64,000 bases of DNA from Eledone cirrhosa (lineage: Eukaryota), in assembly GCA_964016885.1 (NCBI GenBank), contig OZ024741.1:107818001-107882000 (forward strand), in the 5' to 3' direction. Under the pieces are notes generated by a model. The model was not told where the DNA came from and made no database searches. It was given only the letters and a program-made list of their open reading frames with translations. The translations under genes and the position numbers were made by a program. This document shows positions 1-11,995 of this stretch, piece after piece. The number at the start of each line of letters is the position of its first letter. Positions within the stretch are counted from its first letter, which is position 1.

Positions 1-75
<75 letters not shown>

Positions 76-97
76 ACATATATATATATATATATAG
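1..97. repeat. (TA)n microsatellite; representative of dozens of (TA)n/(CA)n tracts across the window
   Basis: Direct dinucleotide repeat; similar tracts flank nearly every element below. Confidence 0.99.
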
Positions 98-1200
98 TAT
101 TAATTATACTATTTATGGTTATGTAAATACAAAAACTTTTTGCAGTTATATATATTTTTATACAAACCCTAAATAGTGGTAGGCAGTAATATATTGCTAC
201 CTTATTACCAGTAAGTTAAGTAGCTCAATGTAAAAACATCAGATGATTTACAGAGCAGTTATATGAAATATAAGAATCAAAGAACTGTTCAAAACATGTT
301 TATGCTTACAACTGTTTCCTCCAAACCGAGGTTTGGATTCTTCGGAGCAATTTATTAATGAATGAACACTTATATGACCTCCTTTTCACCCAAGAGACAT
401 ACAGATACATATGCAAATATTGTGGGTCAACATTCATTACAGCATTTAGAGTGGCAGTACACACTTAGAGATTACATTCATATTAAAAGATACAATCAAA
501 AATACAGGTTAAAATACAACATGAAAATAAGCGGTTATATAGTGCAAAGGTTATACGTGTGGCAAGCACGTGCGTCTTGTTTATATAGTGTGGCAGAGAG
601 TTACGTGTAGTAGAAGCACTTAAGTAGGTAAACAAGAGTGTTAGGTTGGTTGATCTGGTGACAAATTCTTTATATGATTGTTATAGTCTGTGTGTGGAGA
701 AATAATATAAGCATTAAAAATAGTGCAAGCATTAAAATATTGGTAATGCGAAGGGATGATATGGACTTCTTGTACTTCGACATTTTCATAGTCTGGGGAG
801 TGTATTTTTCAGATTATATGCCCCTCACATAATCTACGACGATTCGATATTGAGCGGTTGACAATCCAGTTAGAGAATCGTAGTCTGATGTTCTTTAGTT
901 CAATACAGGAGGATGTTACGTTTCGAGAATCGACATCGAAATACTACCCGGAAGTGTGTGTGTGTGGTTAAGGGGAGTTAATGCATGAGGGGAGGTAACT
1001 CTGAGGTTCCTATTACTAACTATTGAAATGTGTCTCAAAATAGACCCTAGCTTCTATGGTTATGCGCAATTTCTAAAAAAGTTCTAAAATTTAAAGTGTT
1101 TTAACTATAGAGTAGTCTATTAAGTTGTGCTGAAGTTGTTCGTATTATTATGGTGATTAACCCCCATCGTAGAGTGCCACAAATGAATATTATAGACGAC
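98..1200 (-). mobile_element. Degraded Penelope-like element 3' region
   Basis: Minus frame near 730-900 reads ...RRLCEGHII*KIHSP..., like a GIY-YIG C-terminus; HHR at 303-349; ends in TA tract; right boundary uncertain. Confidence 0.55.
303..349 (-). ncRNA. Type I hammerhead ribozyme, U4C core variant
   Basis: Minus: ugcu CCGAAGA a-uccaaac-cucg-guuugga-g GAAAC AGUU GUA agca. Confidence 0.75.
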
Positions 1201-1606
1201 GAGCGAGGATTCTAAATTAATGATCTCTGTGGTTGTAGTCTACTCAAAGGACCAGGCGCGGTGATTGCAGAATCACTTCAACACACAATGATCTCTGATA
1301 AGTTCTGGGTCATCGCTTGCTACATTGGATGTCGAAGGATAATCATCACCAGGGCCGACCAGAGGTCAATCCGCAGTCCTCATGACCCCAATCTGACCAT
1401 CAAATCATCCATATATGTACAACCCATAAAGTACCAGTAATACACTGGGATAATTGCTGGCCTTGTGCAAAAGTAGAAACAATTATATTTGTTATTGTTT
1501 TCGTTCTGTAACAATCTAAACTATAATAAAGTAAGAAGCGCGGGACTGCGTACGGTATATAATTTGTTATCCCCTTAGTAAAATAAGTTGGATTACTTTG
1601 AATAAA

Positions 1607-1787
1607 TAATTGTTTCTACTTTTGGCACAAGGCCAACCCAGTGCATTACTGGTACTTTATTTTATCGACCCCGTAAGGATGAAAGGCAAAGTTAAACTCG
1701 GCGGGATTTGAACTCAGAATGGCAAGGGCCGTAACTCTATGCGTCAAAGCATGGCTTCAGAGCCTCTACCGATACTGCCAATCCACC
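1607..1787 (-). mobile_element. tRNA-derived SINE with Meta-domain-like core
   Basis: Minus: A box TGGCAGTATCGG, B box GAGTTCAAATCC, core GCCTTTCATCCTTACGGGGTCGATAAAATAAAGTACCAG; many copies in window. Confidence 0.85.
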
Positions 1788-2094
1788 ATATACACAGAAA
1801 TTGAACGAAGACTGTGTTACACTCTCTTATGTAATCAGTAACTAATTCAGGACAACCGAGATGGTTCCAAAATTGAGGGGTTGTTTGCCCGGGCCAAACT
1901 CTTAAGTGGAAATAGGACAGCGTGTGTATGTGCGCGCGCTTGAGTTTGTCGGCATTCTTAAATTAGAGACACGTGTGTGTGTGTGTCACTGTTTTCAAGT
2001 TAGACATATATATGTGTGTATCCCTTTCTTTCTTTTTACACACACATATATTCACACAAACACACATACACATTGCGTGATCGACGAGTGGACA

Positions 2095-2760
2095 GAAGTC
2101 CCTCAAATTTATATACATGTGAATGGAGTTCTACTGAAGCAGTTAGAGAAATTCAAATATCTTGGAGCCGTGTTCATGAGTGATGGAATGCAGGAGGCTG
2201 AATTAAGTTCAAGAATTGCAAATTCTGATGCAGTAATGCGCCAGCCTCAGCATTCAGCAAACAGAAGAAGGGATAGGTGTAAAAGCCAAACTTGCTGTCT
2301 TCCTAGTATTCCTTCCAACTCTTATCGAGGATCATAAATTTTGAGTAATGACCAAAAGAATACAATTGCAAATAAAAGCGGCAGAAATGGGATTCCTCCG
2401 AAGGGTCTTTGGAGTAACGTTACTCGATAAAGTGCATAGCTCAGAGACCAGAGCGTCACTCTTGGTAGAGCGGCTACTTCTCTTAATTGAGAGATCACAA
2501 CTCTGATATTATGAGCATGTGGTTATAATGTCTTAGTAAAAATCGCTGGACACATTTTACAGGCAAGACCAACCGGCAAGAGACCCAGAGGTAGACCCTG
2601 AGCAAGATAGATGGATAACATCCATGAGCTTGGCTGGTCACGCTTTGGGATACAGATGGATAAGTCAGAGATGTTTGCTACTGACAGACTCGCTGGAAGG
2701 AGTGTTTGAGAAGGACTCTTCCCCCACGACCCTCTCAGAAATAAGTGGGTGAAGAAGAAG
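2095..2760 (+). mobile_element. RTE-clade LINE 3' fragment (pseudogenised RT C-terminus)
   Basis: LKQLEKFKYLGAVFMSDG motif, ...GKRPRGRP..., GAA-repeat tail; related to 59160-59828. Confidence 0.75.
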
Positions 2761-2842
2761 ATATTGTCAAATTACTTTTCAATTTATATATAACTATATG
2801 CATATATATTGGCGTATAATACCAACATGCACACTAGATATG

Positions 2843-2880
2843 CTAGCAGAAAACCGCCCATCGGGCGGTTTTTCTGCTAG
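2843..2880. repeat. Palindromic double Helitron-like 3' end
   Basis: CTAGCAGAAAACCGCCCATCGGGCGGTTTTTCTGCTAG; nearly same as 12651-12687. Confidence 0.6.
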
Positions 2881-3303
2881 TTGTATATAACTGCAATGGA
2901 AAGAAAAAATACGAAGAAAATATTTCTCAAGTAAAAGAATGAGTTGGAATTTTAAAATAAAATAAATTGATTATGAGAATAGATCTTTTTTCTCAAAATA
3001 TACGATTATTATATTAAAGGAAAAGAAATAGAAATCCAAATAAAGTCAAAATAAACGAAGTATTTTAAATATTTATTTTAATTACTTTTGGCTAACGGGT
3101 AATATTTTTACAAGATTTCATATGTATATATCTACTAAAATGTACGAACTTTGATAAAACCGACTGTCTGTTACCTGGGGCTAAAATTCGCTTTCAATCC
3201 TTTTCATCGAAGATGTTCTATGTATAGATTATTGAGGTAGGTCAATTTCATTGATTACAAAAGGCAAACATACACATATATGTATGCATATATATATAAA
3301 ATA

Positions 3304-3346
<43 letters not shown>

Positions 3347-3353
<7 letters not shown>

Positions 3354-3708
3354 GTGAAGTTTTTTTTACAAAATGAAAAATAACCGAGGTGTCCTACACG
3401 AGTGAAAGTATAAAGAAAAAGAGATGAAATCGAAAATGCAACTGGAGTCTTATTTTAAAAAAATATATATATATTTATTTGGTTCCTTTACCGGTTTCGC
3501 AGTTCTTCTGCTTTTCAAAAGGTGAGTTGAGATGGAGGGTCTGTGGTTTTTTTCACAGATGTGAGAAAAACCACAGACCCTCCATCTCAACTCACCTTTT
3601 GAAAAGCAGAAGAACTGCGAAACCGGTAAAGGAACCAAATAAATGTATATATTTTTAAAAAAAATAAGACTCCAGTTGCATTTTCGATTTCATCTCTTTT
3701 TCTTTATA
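3347..3708. mobile_element. Short PLE-type fold-back insertion (family A) with tail
   Basis: Arms 3409-3557 and 3560-3708 are reverse complements; unpaired tail 3347-3408; TA on both sides; HHR in each arm. Confidence 0.8.
3595..3632 (+). ncRNA. Minimal type I hammerhead, U3-A8 variant (copies 3485-3522 minus, 5974-6009 plus)
   Basis: ccuu UUGAAAA gcag-aagaa-cugc GAAA CCGG UA aagg; palindromic stem III. Confidence 0.8.
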
Positions 3709-3721
3709 TATATATATATAT

Positions 3722-3777
<56 letters not shown>

Positions 3778-4159
3778 TTGGGGGTGCATGTGTGTGTGTG
3801 AGTGTTTGTGTGATTGTGAATTTGCGTTTCTTTGAGGTTAGAGCGTTAGATTAACAGTCGTGAGATTATGACTTCGATTCCCTGACCGGGCGGTGCGTTG
3901 TGTCATTTCACTCGGCTGCAGAAACGATGTGCGACGTTCTTGGAGCTATAGTGTATCGAAGTTTGACTTTCTTTTGGTTAAGGTTGGTGGCATGCAATGT
4001 GTAGCCGAGAATACATGACCGACTGGTGGTCTTTCGCAAAAAAAAAATACTCTTCCTGGGCTTATGCCTCGGAGAGGAATCTTCTTGGAGCAATTCCCAA
4101 ATACCATGGTGACCGATGGGGGCCTTTATACACACACACACACATATATATATATATCG

Positions 4160-4333
4160 ACAGTCGACGACTTTCGTCAAATCGGACCGAGGAAACAATG
4201 TTTCCGTTGGTCTTTTAAATTGCTAATTCTATCTATCAGTCGCAACTCCAGGTAGAAGGAACAACGTGAAATAAAGTGTCTTGCTTAAGGGCATGACGCA
4301 TTGCCCGGTCCGGGAATCGAACTCACAACCACA

Positions 4334-4336
<3 letters not shown>
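4160..4336 (-). mobile_element. tRNA-headed SINE fragment (related to 57666-57872 plus)
   Basis: Minus B box GAGTTCGATTCC; shared body TTGTTTCCTCGGTCCGATTTGACGAAAGTCG. Confidence 0.65.
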
Positions 4337-4416
<80 letters not shown>

Positions 4417-4464
4417 TATATATATATTTATATATATATATATATATGAGGGGCAGGTTTGTGG

Positions 4465-4514
<50 letters not shown>

Positions 4515-4520
<6 letters not shown>

Positions 4521-4990
4521 GACGTAAAATAAGAAAATTATGAAAATTAACTTACTTCTTAAAATTTCACTCCAACTAATTAGTTTCTGTAAGGGAATAA
4601 ATATGGTTACATAACGCACCCATAGAGAATCCTTACGTAATCAGGGAGTCTATTCTCAGCTAAGCTCCCAGGCAATGCGTGGACACCGGGAACTTATATA
4701 AAAATAATTCAGTGGATGGAAAAAAGCGAGCGGGGACTAAATTCCAGGACATTGAAAAAATTCACTGCCTACTTGGTCAGTGGCAAATTCAAAAGAATCA
4801 ATCACGTGACACTGAAGTTAATCAGTGAGTGCCTGGGAGCTTAGCTGAGAATAAACTCCCTGATGACGTAAGGATTCTCTATGGGTGCGTTACGTAACCA
4901 TATTTATTCCCTTACAGAAACTAATTAGTTGGAGTGAAATTTTAGTAAGTAAGTTAATTTTCATAATTTTCTTATTTTACGTCTTTCATA
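4515..4990. mobile_element. PLE-type inverted-repeat insertion (family B)
   Basis: Arms 4515-4674 and 4830-4990 inverted; HHR in arms. Confidence 0.75.
4855..4935 (+). ncRNA. Type I hammerhead ribozyme (inverted copy 4569-4649 has CUGAUUA)
   Basis: acucc CUGAUGA cguaagg...ccuuaca GAAAC UAAUUA GUU ggagu. Confidence 0.85.
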
Positions 4991-5199
4991 TAATTGTTCT
5001 GCATCCCCTTGCATCGAACCACAAAGTTATTAAGACAACACATATATATTTGCTAGCATTGTTATGCATCTGTATACATATGTTGGTAGATATACTAATT
5101 CTTTATATTTATCTCCAAATTATTTGTTGAGCAAAAATGCCGAAATTACTACTATGGTTCATGGTAGTAGTTAGGCTCTTGTCTTATTAGCACTCCACT

Positions 5200-6136
5200 C
5201 CTCACTGATTAACCCACACATAACACCCATACACACATATAACACACACACACACAACTCCCTCCCCCATTTCTACTAATAGAATCACTTTCCTACACAC
5301 ATATACACACACAAAATATATATATTCTCTCCATCTTAACATACTCCCCCCCCCCACACACACACAAACATAACACCCAGATACACCCACACACACACAA
5401 CTTCCTCCTCCATTTCTACTAATAGAATCATCTTCCTATACATACACACACACACAAGCACACAAATAAACATACATATCTTTACTTTCTTTATTTCAAT
5501 AGAAAATCTGAATTCTGACACCCCAGCGAACCAACCATATTCACTGAACCAGAATAATTCGCCATCCCATTTCTCTTGACCATTATCTTTTGCTTGTCAT
5601 AAAATTCTCTAAAAGGCGACAAAATAAATTCCCAAATACGGGCGCAAAATTTAATGAACTTGTTTACGTGACAATCATAATTTCATTTATAACCAATCAA
5701 ATTATATTTATTTAAAAAAAAGCCTTCGTGAGCCCCATTTTATAAAGTAAAAAGAAATTCAAACACTCATATATGAAAAAACAACCTGAGCCCCCCTGTT
5801 TGAAGAACTTTGTAACGCGAACTGGCGCGAAATTTATTATAATTATTGACCAACCAATCAAATTACTTCTCTAAAAACCTGGTGTTTCGAGCCACTTTTT
5901 TCCATATTAAACAAGTAACATTCAAAGACCAACCAGATGTGAGAACAACCACAGACCGTCCATCTCAACTCTACTTTTGAAAAGCAGAAGAACTGCGAAA
6001 CCGGTAAAGGAACCAAATAAATATATTTTTTTTAAATAAGACTCCAGTTGCATTTTCGATTTCATCTTTTTTTCTTTATACTTTCACTCGTGGTAGGACA
6101 CCTCGGTTATTTTTCATTTTGTAAAAAAAACCTCAC

Positions 6137-6143
<7 letters not shown>
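5200..6143 (+). mobile_element. Family A PLE 3' region with HHR and full tail
   Basis: 5935-6143 matches the 3347-3708 element, including the identical tail end ...CTTTCTAA-(TA)n; left boundary uncertain. Confidence 0.65.
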
Positions 6144-6201
<58 letters not shown>

Positions 6202-7631
6202 AAAGTTTTATTTAAGATTGTTGGGTTACAACGAGTAAATATTTCATAACTAATATAAAAGCACTCAGCAGTTTCTGGAGTAGGTTTACGATATTAAACA
6301 AATGGAAACTATATTTATAAAACCATATTTATTTCGTTATATATATTTCTGGGATATCATATTAAAAATATGGTATGCCTTCCTCAGACAAAATACAATA
6401 CATAAGCTGTTTTATAAATAATTAGTGACATACCTTGTAATAATGCAACTTCCATTTAAAAAGTTGATTTGGTAGTGAAACTGTTATGACAGTTATATAG
6501 AAAGAAAAACGAAGATGGGAAGAAGAAGATGAAGAGATGTATGTAAATAAAAAAAAAAAATAAAAAAAAAAGAAGATGAAGAGATGTATGTAAAGAAAAA
6601 CAACGGAGCGAGATAGAGAGACAAGGAGAGAGAGAAATACATTGAGGAAGTGAAAAATATAGTAGGCTGCTTTTGGACAGATGATCATCGTATATGTGAG
6701 AGGTTAAGGGAAGGGATACAGTTAAACTAGTGTATAGGAGAAAAAGAAAGAAAGATGATATATTTAAAATATATTAAAAATATATTATGTCTCATCCATT
6801 TGAATTATCAATTTTTATGAATTAGGTATTATAATGTAAATATCAGTATTCATGAATGAGACACATATCCATAATGTGTGAAAAAATGACCACATGCTCA
6901 GTTTAAAAATTCTTAGGTCTATAAGCAAAATCTGAGATAAAACTTCAAACATAAGTATATATGCATTCTCGTGAAAAAAAGAGAAAAGAGAAGGTTATCT
7001 CAAATTCAAGTTGATAAATATAGACGCACATGTGAACCTACGTGATACGCTGCACCGATTCTTATATTTCATGAAAAACTTCAATGCGTTAGAAAAGATT
7101 CCACCCTACATACATTTACATACATATATACATATATATAGACATAAAATATATAAGATATACATTAACATCTAAAATAACATTCCAGCCTCACTTGCAT
7201 GATCATCGATCAAGCATAGAGTAGACAACAGATATCAATATTAAAATTAAAACGCCAAGAATATCTTCGTCGCTCCACAGAGTATCTAGGGACGCAAGAG
7301 AACATAGTATGCCACGCATATCGGTCATAGAATCAGAGTCAAAAGCAAACAAAACCAAAATTGTTCACCAAGCCTTATTTAGCAGAAATCAATCAAAACT
7401 TATTCTACAAATGCTCTTATATTTATTATAGAAGTTTATCCAGCTTAAAAAATGTATTCAAAAGATTGGGAACAACGCAAATTTTAGGGTAGTTTATTTA
7501 ATCTCATTAATTATATATTCATGCAGAAAGGTTTAAAAAAAAAAAAAAAAAAAAAATTGAAGGAATCGAAAGATTTATCGCCAAGTATCATAAATAGTCA
7601 AATACCTTAAGTAAATATACTACATTTTATA

Positions 7632-8432
7632 CTACATTTTAAATTTATATTTATATTTAAATGTTGAGTTCAATCTATGTCTGCAACAGCTGAATAAATT
7701 GGTTCGTAAATTAAGGGAATTTTTAGATTTTAATATAAAGAATATCTCCTCCGCGCAGAGGTCACATGTCTCAGAAGAGGAATTAAAAGGAATCCCTTTT
7801 GAGACTATATTCCAAACCATCGAATATCCAACTTTATCATGCTTAAGTTGCCAGAGTAACCCTGACAGCGATGTTGAGGATTTTTTATTTGGATCCGTGA
7901 AAGAATTTTTGTGATTATTATAGCGAAGTTTAAATTCTGTCGAGGTGGAACCAACATAATTAAAAGAATTTAAATCAGTTCTAACATTACAGTTGTATAT
8001 TATATTTTTAACTAAGCAATTGTTATTTAGCGGACATTTAGATCTATCTCTACAGTTACAGTTTTTTAGTTGAATATTGTTTAGGCTATTTTCGGTATTT
8101 TGGCTAGGTTTTAGATTCCTATTATTTATTCTATTATTATTTTGTGCTAAATTTTTGGTGGACGAGTACGTTAATTTTATAGTATGTCTATTAAAAATTG
8201 AGTGATACTTATGTGTTCTAGGGAAGCGTTTGTCAAGAGCATTAAAAAATAGTTTAGCGATGTGGGTTTTAATGTTTAGTGAGAAAGGGGGGGCAAACCA
8301 TATTATATTTCTAGTTCTATTTCTTTTCTGGTTTTTGAAATTATTGTAGTGCTTTCTATTATAGTTGTTAAAGTTGTTACTGTAATTAAAATTGTTGTTA
8401 TTTTGGTTAGTTTGTCTATTATCGATGTACAA
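7632..8432 (-). CDS. C-terminal fragment of PLE protein: linker plus GIY-YIG endonuclease
   Basis: IIWFAPPFS, CNC..CPL...CL, IIYNC..YVGST..FKLRYNNH, CDLC..E, CRH; homologous to the C-terminus of ORF 14188-16287. Confidence 0.9.
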   Translation of the reverse strand: MYIDNRQTNQNNNNFNYSNNFNNYNRKHYNNFKNQKRNRTRNIIWFAPPFSLNIKTHIAKLFFNALDKRFPRTHKYHSIFNRHTIKLTYSSTKNLAQNNNRINNRNLKPSQNTENSLNNIQLKNCNCRDRSKCPLNNNCLVKNIIYNCNVRTDLNSFNYVGSTSTEFKLRYNNHKNSFTDPNKKSSTSLSGLLWQLKHDKVGYSMVWNIVSKGIPFNSSSETCDLCAEEIFFILKSKNSLNLRTNLFSCCRHRLNSTFKYKYKFKM

Positions 8433-9540
8433 AATAAACTACCCTAAAATTTGCGTTGTTCCCAATCTTTTGAATAAATTTTTTAAGCTGGATAAACTTC
8501 TATAATAAATATAAGAGCATTTGTAGAATAAGTTTTGATTGATTTCTGCTAAATAAGGCTTGGTGAACAATTTTGGTTTTGTTTGCTTTTGACTCTGATT
8601 CTATGACCGATATGCGTGGCATACTATATTCTCTTGCGTCCCTAGATACTCTGTGGAGCGACGAAGATATTCTTGGCGTTTTAATTTTAATATTGATATC
8701 TGTTGTCTACTCTATGCTTGATCGATGATCATGCAAGTGAGGCTGGAATGTTATTTTAGATGTTAATGTATATCTTATATATTTTGTGTCTATATATATG
8801 TATATATGTATGTAAATGTATGTAGGGTGGAATCTTTTCTAACGCATTGAAGTTTTTCATGAAATATAAGAATCGGTGCAGCGTATCACGTAGGTTCACA
8901 TGTGCGTCTATATTTATCAACTTGAATTTGAGATAACCTTCTCTTTTCTCTTTTTTTCACGAGAATGCATATATACTTATGTTTGAAGTTTTATCTCAGA
9001 TTTTGCTTATAGACCTAAGAATTTTTAAACTGAGCATGTGGTCATTTTTTCACACATTATGGATATGTGTCTCATTCATGAATACTGATATTTACATTAT
9101 AATACCTAATTCATAAAAATTGATAATTCAAATGGATGAGACATAATATATTTTTAATATATTTTAAATATATCATCTTTCTTTCTTTTTCTCCTATACA
9201 CTAGTTTAACTGTATCCCTTCCCTTAACCTCTCACATATACGATGATCATCTGTCCAAAAGCAGCCTACTATATTTTTCACCTCCTCAATGTATTTCTCT
9301 CTCTCCTTGTCTCTCTATCTCGCTCCGTTGTTTTTCTTTACATACATCTCTTCTTCTTCTTTTTTTTTTTTTATTTTTTTTTTTTTATTTATATACATTT
9401 CTTCATCTTCTTCTTCTCATCTTCGTTTTCTTTCTATATAACTGTCATAACAGTTTCACTACCAAATCAACTTTTTAAATGGAAGTTGCATTATTACAAG
9501 GTATGTCACTAATTATTTATAAAACAGCTTATGTATTGTA

Positions 9541-9602
9541 TTTTGTCTGAGGAAGGCATACCATATTTTTAATATGATATCCCAGAAATATATATAACGA
9601 AA
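9541..9602 (+). ncRNA. Type I hammerhead ribozyme (sense copy 6332-6393 minus)
   Basis: uuuugu CUGAGGA ...cauauu/aauaug... GAAA UAUAUA UA acgaaa. Confidence 0.8.
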
Positions 9603-9644
9603 TAAATATGGTTTTATAAATATAGTTTCCATTTGTTTAATATC

Positions 9645-9692
<48 letters not shown>

Positions 9693-9818
9693 TAAAATAA
9701 CAGATTAAAGTTTAAGCAAAGAATCGGTGCTTTCACCCTTAACGGGATCTTCTGAGACTCATATATATTTATCCTTATCGAGCCCTCTTTGGATTTTAGT
9801 CTTCAAATTTATTATTAT

Positions 9819-9884
<66 letters not shown>

Positions 9885-10339
9885 AGATAGAGAGAGAGAG
9901 TGAGTGAGAGGGAGAGAGAGAGATAGACAACTATATATACATACATAAACATAGATATTGATACATCGATGTATTGGTCAATAACTGAGTAGACTGATAT
10001 ATAGAGATGATAGACATACAGTGAGATAGATAGTTATATCTATCCGAAGAGAACAACAAAGCCAGTTATTACTGCCTAAGAATATCTATGTCTGTTATTA
10101 TTCTTATATTATTTTCATCTAGCAGGTTTGAATCAAATAATTTGTGGAGCGATAATAGACAATAATTAGAAACTAGACAACACATCTCCAGACATGGTAA
10201 ATATAATAATTTACACATATATACTTACGTACTAACACATTTACCCCCCCCCCCCCACCCCACACATATATATACACACAAACGTACACACACACACCAA
10301 CATACATACACACTAACACCCAAACGTTCCCATACATAC

Positions 10340-10388
<49 letters not shown>

Positions 10389-10580
10389 GGAGTGATGTGT
10401 GTGCATAATTCATGTGCGTATGTAGAGGTGTGTATGTATTTGTGTATGTATGGGAACGTTTGGGTGTTAGTGTGTTTGTATGTTTGCGTATATATATATA
10501 TACATATATTCATGCGTACATGCACATACATGCGTATCTACTTATATATGTGCGCGCGTGTATGTATATATATATATATG

Positions 10581-10990
10581 TGTAGTAAGGTTGCTTGGAT
10601 GCGTCCTTAGGCGGTATGATGGTTGAGCACTCTATGCCCCTTCAGAGCAGAGTATAATAATATGGAAAACGAAGAATCAGTGATGCATCGGAACACGATT
10701 TATTAACGTATTGCAATTGTTTCTCCGGCGAACAGCTCGCGGTACGATCTATTTGTCTATCGAACCCGACTCTGGATTCGCAAGTTCCTCAGATACGTCT
10801 AGCGACTTCGAAGTAAATCTTCTGTCCGATGTATTCTGTCCCTTTGAGTTTCCTCCTGCTTTGAAGTCTCTAGACGTATCCAGAGTCAGGTTCGATCCTC
10901 AAATAGATCGTATCTCGGGCTGTTCGTCTGAGAACCAATTGTAAAACGTTAATAAATTGTGTCTCGATGCATCACTGATTCTTCGTTTTG

Positions 10991-10991
<1 letters not shown>
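10581..10991. mobile_element. PLE-type imperfect fold-back (family D) with tail; related stub 11871-11985
   Basis: 10666-10989 is an imperfect hairpin; degenerate HHR 10706-10798 minus (acguau CUGAGGA...GAAAC AAUU GCA auacgu). Confidence 0.7.
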
Positions 10992-11086
<95 letters not shown>

Positions 11087-11087
11087 C

Positions 11088-11814
11088 TGACGCCCTGGGA
11101 TGAAATATATTGTCTTTAATTCGTTGAAATATCCAAGACCCCCAGCAGACAGCTGATGACGGAAAATCTTCTCCCGTTCTTGCTTTCATCTTTTTATAAG
11201 TACACCTTATCCAGCAACTACATAGCCCGTTTATTCTTAAATTTATATCAAGTTTCGCTGTGACCTATCCGCTCTTCCTCCCTACCTATTTTATTGCTAT
11301 CAACTCTTCCCCTCTTCCTTCATCTTCCTCTCTCTCTCTCTGCTATCCACCTCACTGTTTCTCTCGCTTGCTCCTCTATCTTTCTCTTTCTCACTTAGTC
11401 TTGCGGAGGTCAGACGTTTTTTTTTCTCGTCCACACCAATCTCGAACTTGTGTTCAGCAATTGATGTCGACTTTAATTTTTCATTTTCTCCCAGTAGCTC
11501 ACACACATGTACTTCGGGTTTCCCTCTTCGGTTTGTTGCTTCCCGTTTTATTTCGCTTTATTTCGCTCTTTTTTCGCTTCTTTTTCCTTTTTCCTTCCCT
11601 CTTCCCTTCTGTTACTACATTTTTCTCTCCCTTTTCCTTTTTTCCAAATAACTTCCCCGAGTTATTGACGCCCTGGGGTGAGAGATATCGTCTTTAATGC
11701 GTTGAAATCTCCAAGACACCCAGCAGTCAACTGATGAAGGAAAATATTTACCCGTTCTTGCTTTCCTCTTTTTATAAGTACACCTTATCCATCAACTACA
11801 CACCCTGTTTATTC

Positions 11815-11817
<3 letters not shown>
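11088..11817 (+). mobile_element. Non-coding retrozyme-like element with ~150 bp direct repeats
   Basis: Repeats 11088-11238 and 11666-11817 (period 578), CT-rich interior, TA flanks. Confidence 0.75.
11090..11177 (+). ncRNA. Candidate non-circularly permuted hammerhead ribozyme (second copy 11668-11754)
   Basis: AUAU-A-uugucu ... GAA-AUAU ... agacag-CUGAUGA: UH strand, GAAA strand, CUGA strand in that order, with paired stems III and I. Confidence 0.7.
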
Positions 11818-11870
<53 letters not shown>

Positions 11871-11995
11871 CTGATGGTAGCTAAAATGCTTCCATAGGTG
11901 GTATGCCGGTTGATCACTCTATGCTCTTACAGAGCAGAGTATGATATAATATAAGATGCATCATTGATTTTTTCGTTTTCTATTATATATATATA

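Larger units (their letters stand above)
6199..9646 (-). mobile_element. 5'-truncated PLE (family C) with ~1.2 kb inverted arms
   Basis: Arms ~6288-7499 and ~8432-9646 inverted; tail 6199-6287; TA flanks. Confidence 0.9.

Noticed and set aside
4281-4619. Many short ORFs with (YI)n, (CV)n, (HT)n runs throughout the ORF track
   Set aside because: Stop-free translations of TA/CA microsatellites
6422-6688. Duplicated 88-89 aa hydrophobic ORF (also 9243-9512)
   Set aside because: T-rich PLE 3' UTR present in both inverted arms; no protein motif
9725-9770. Minus-strand CAGAAGA..ccc/ggg..GAAA hammerhead-like string
   Set aside because: No stem I and no convincing stem III
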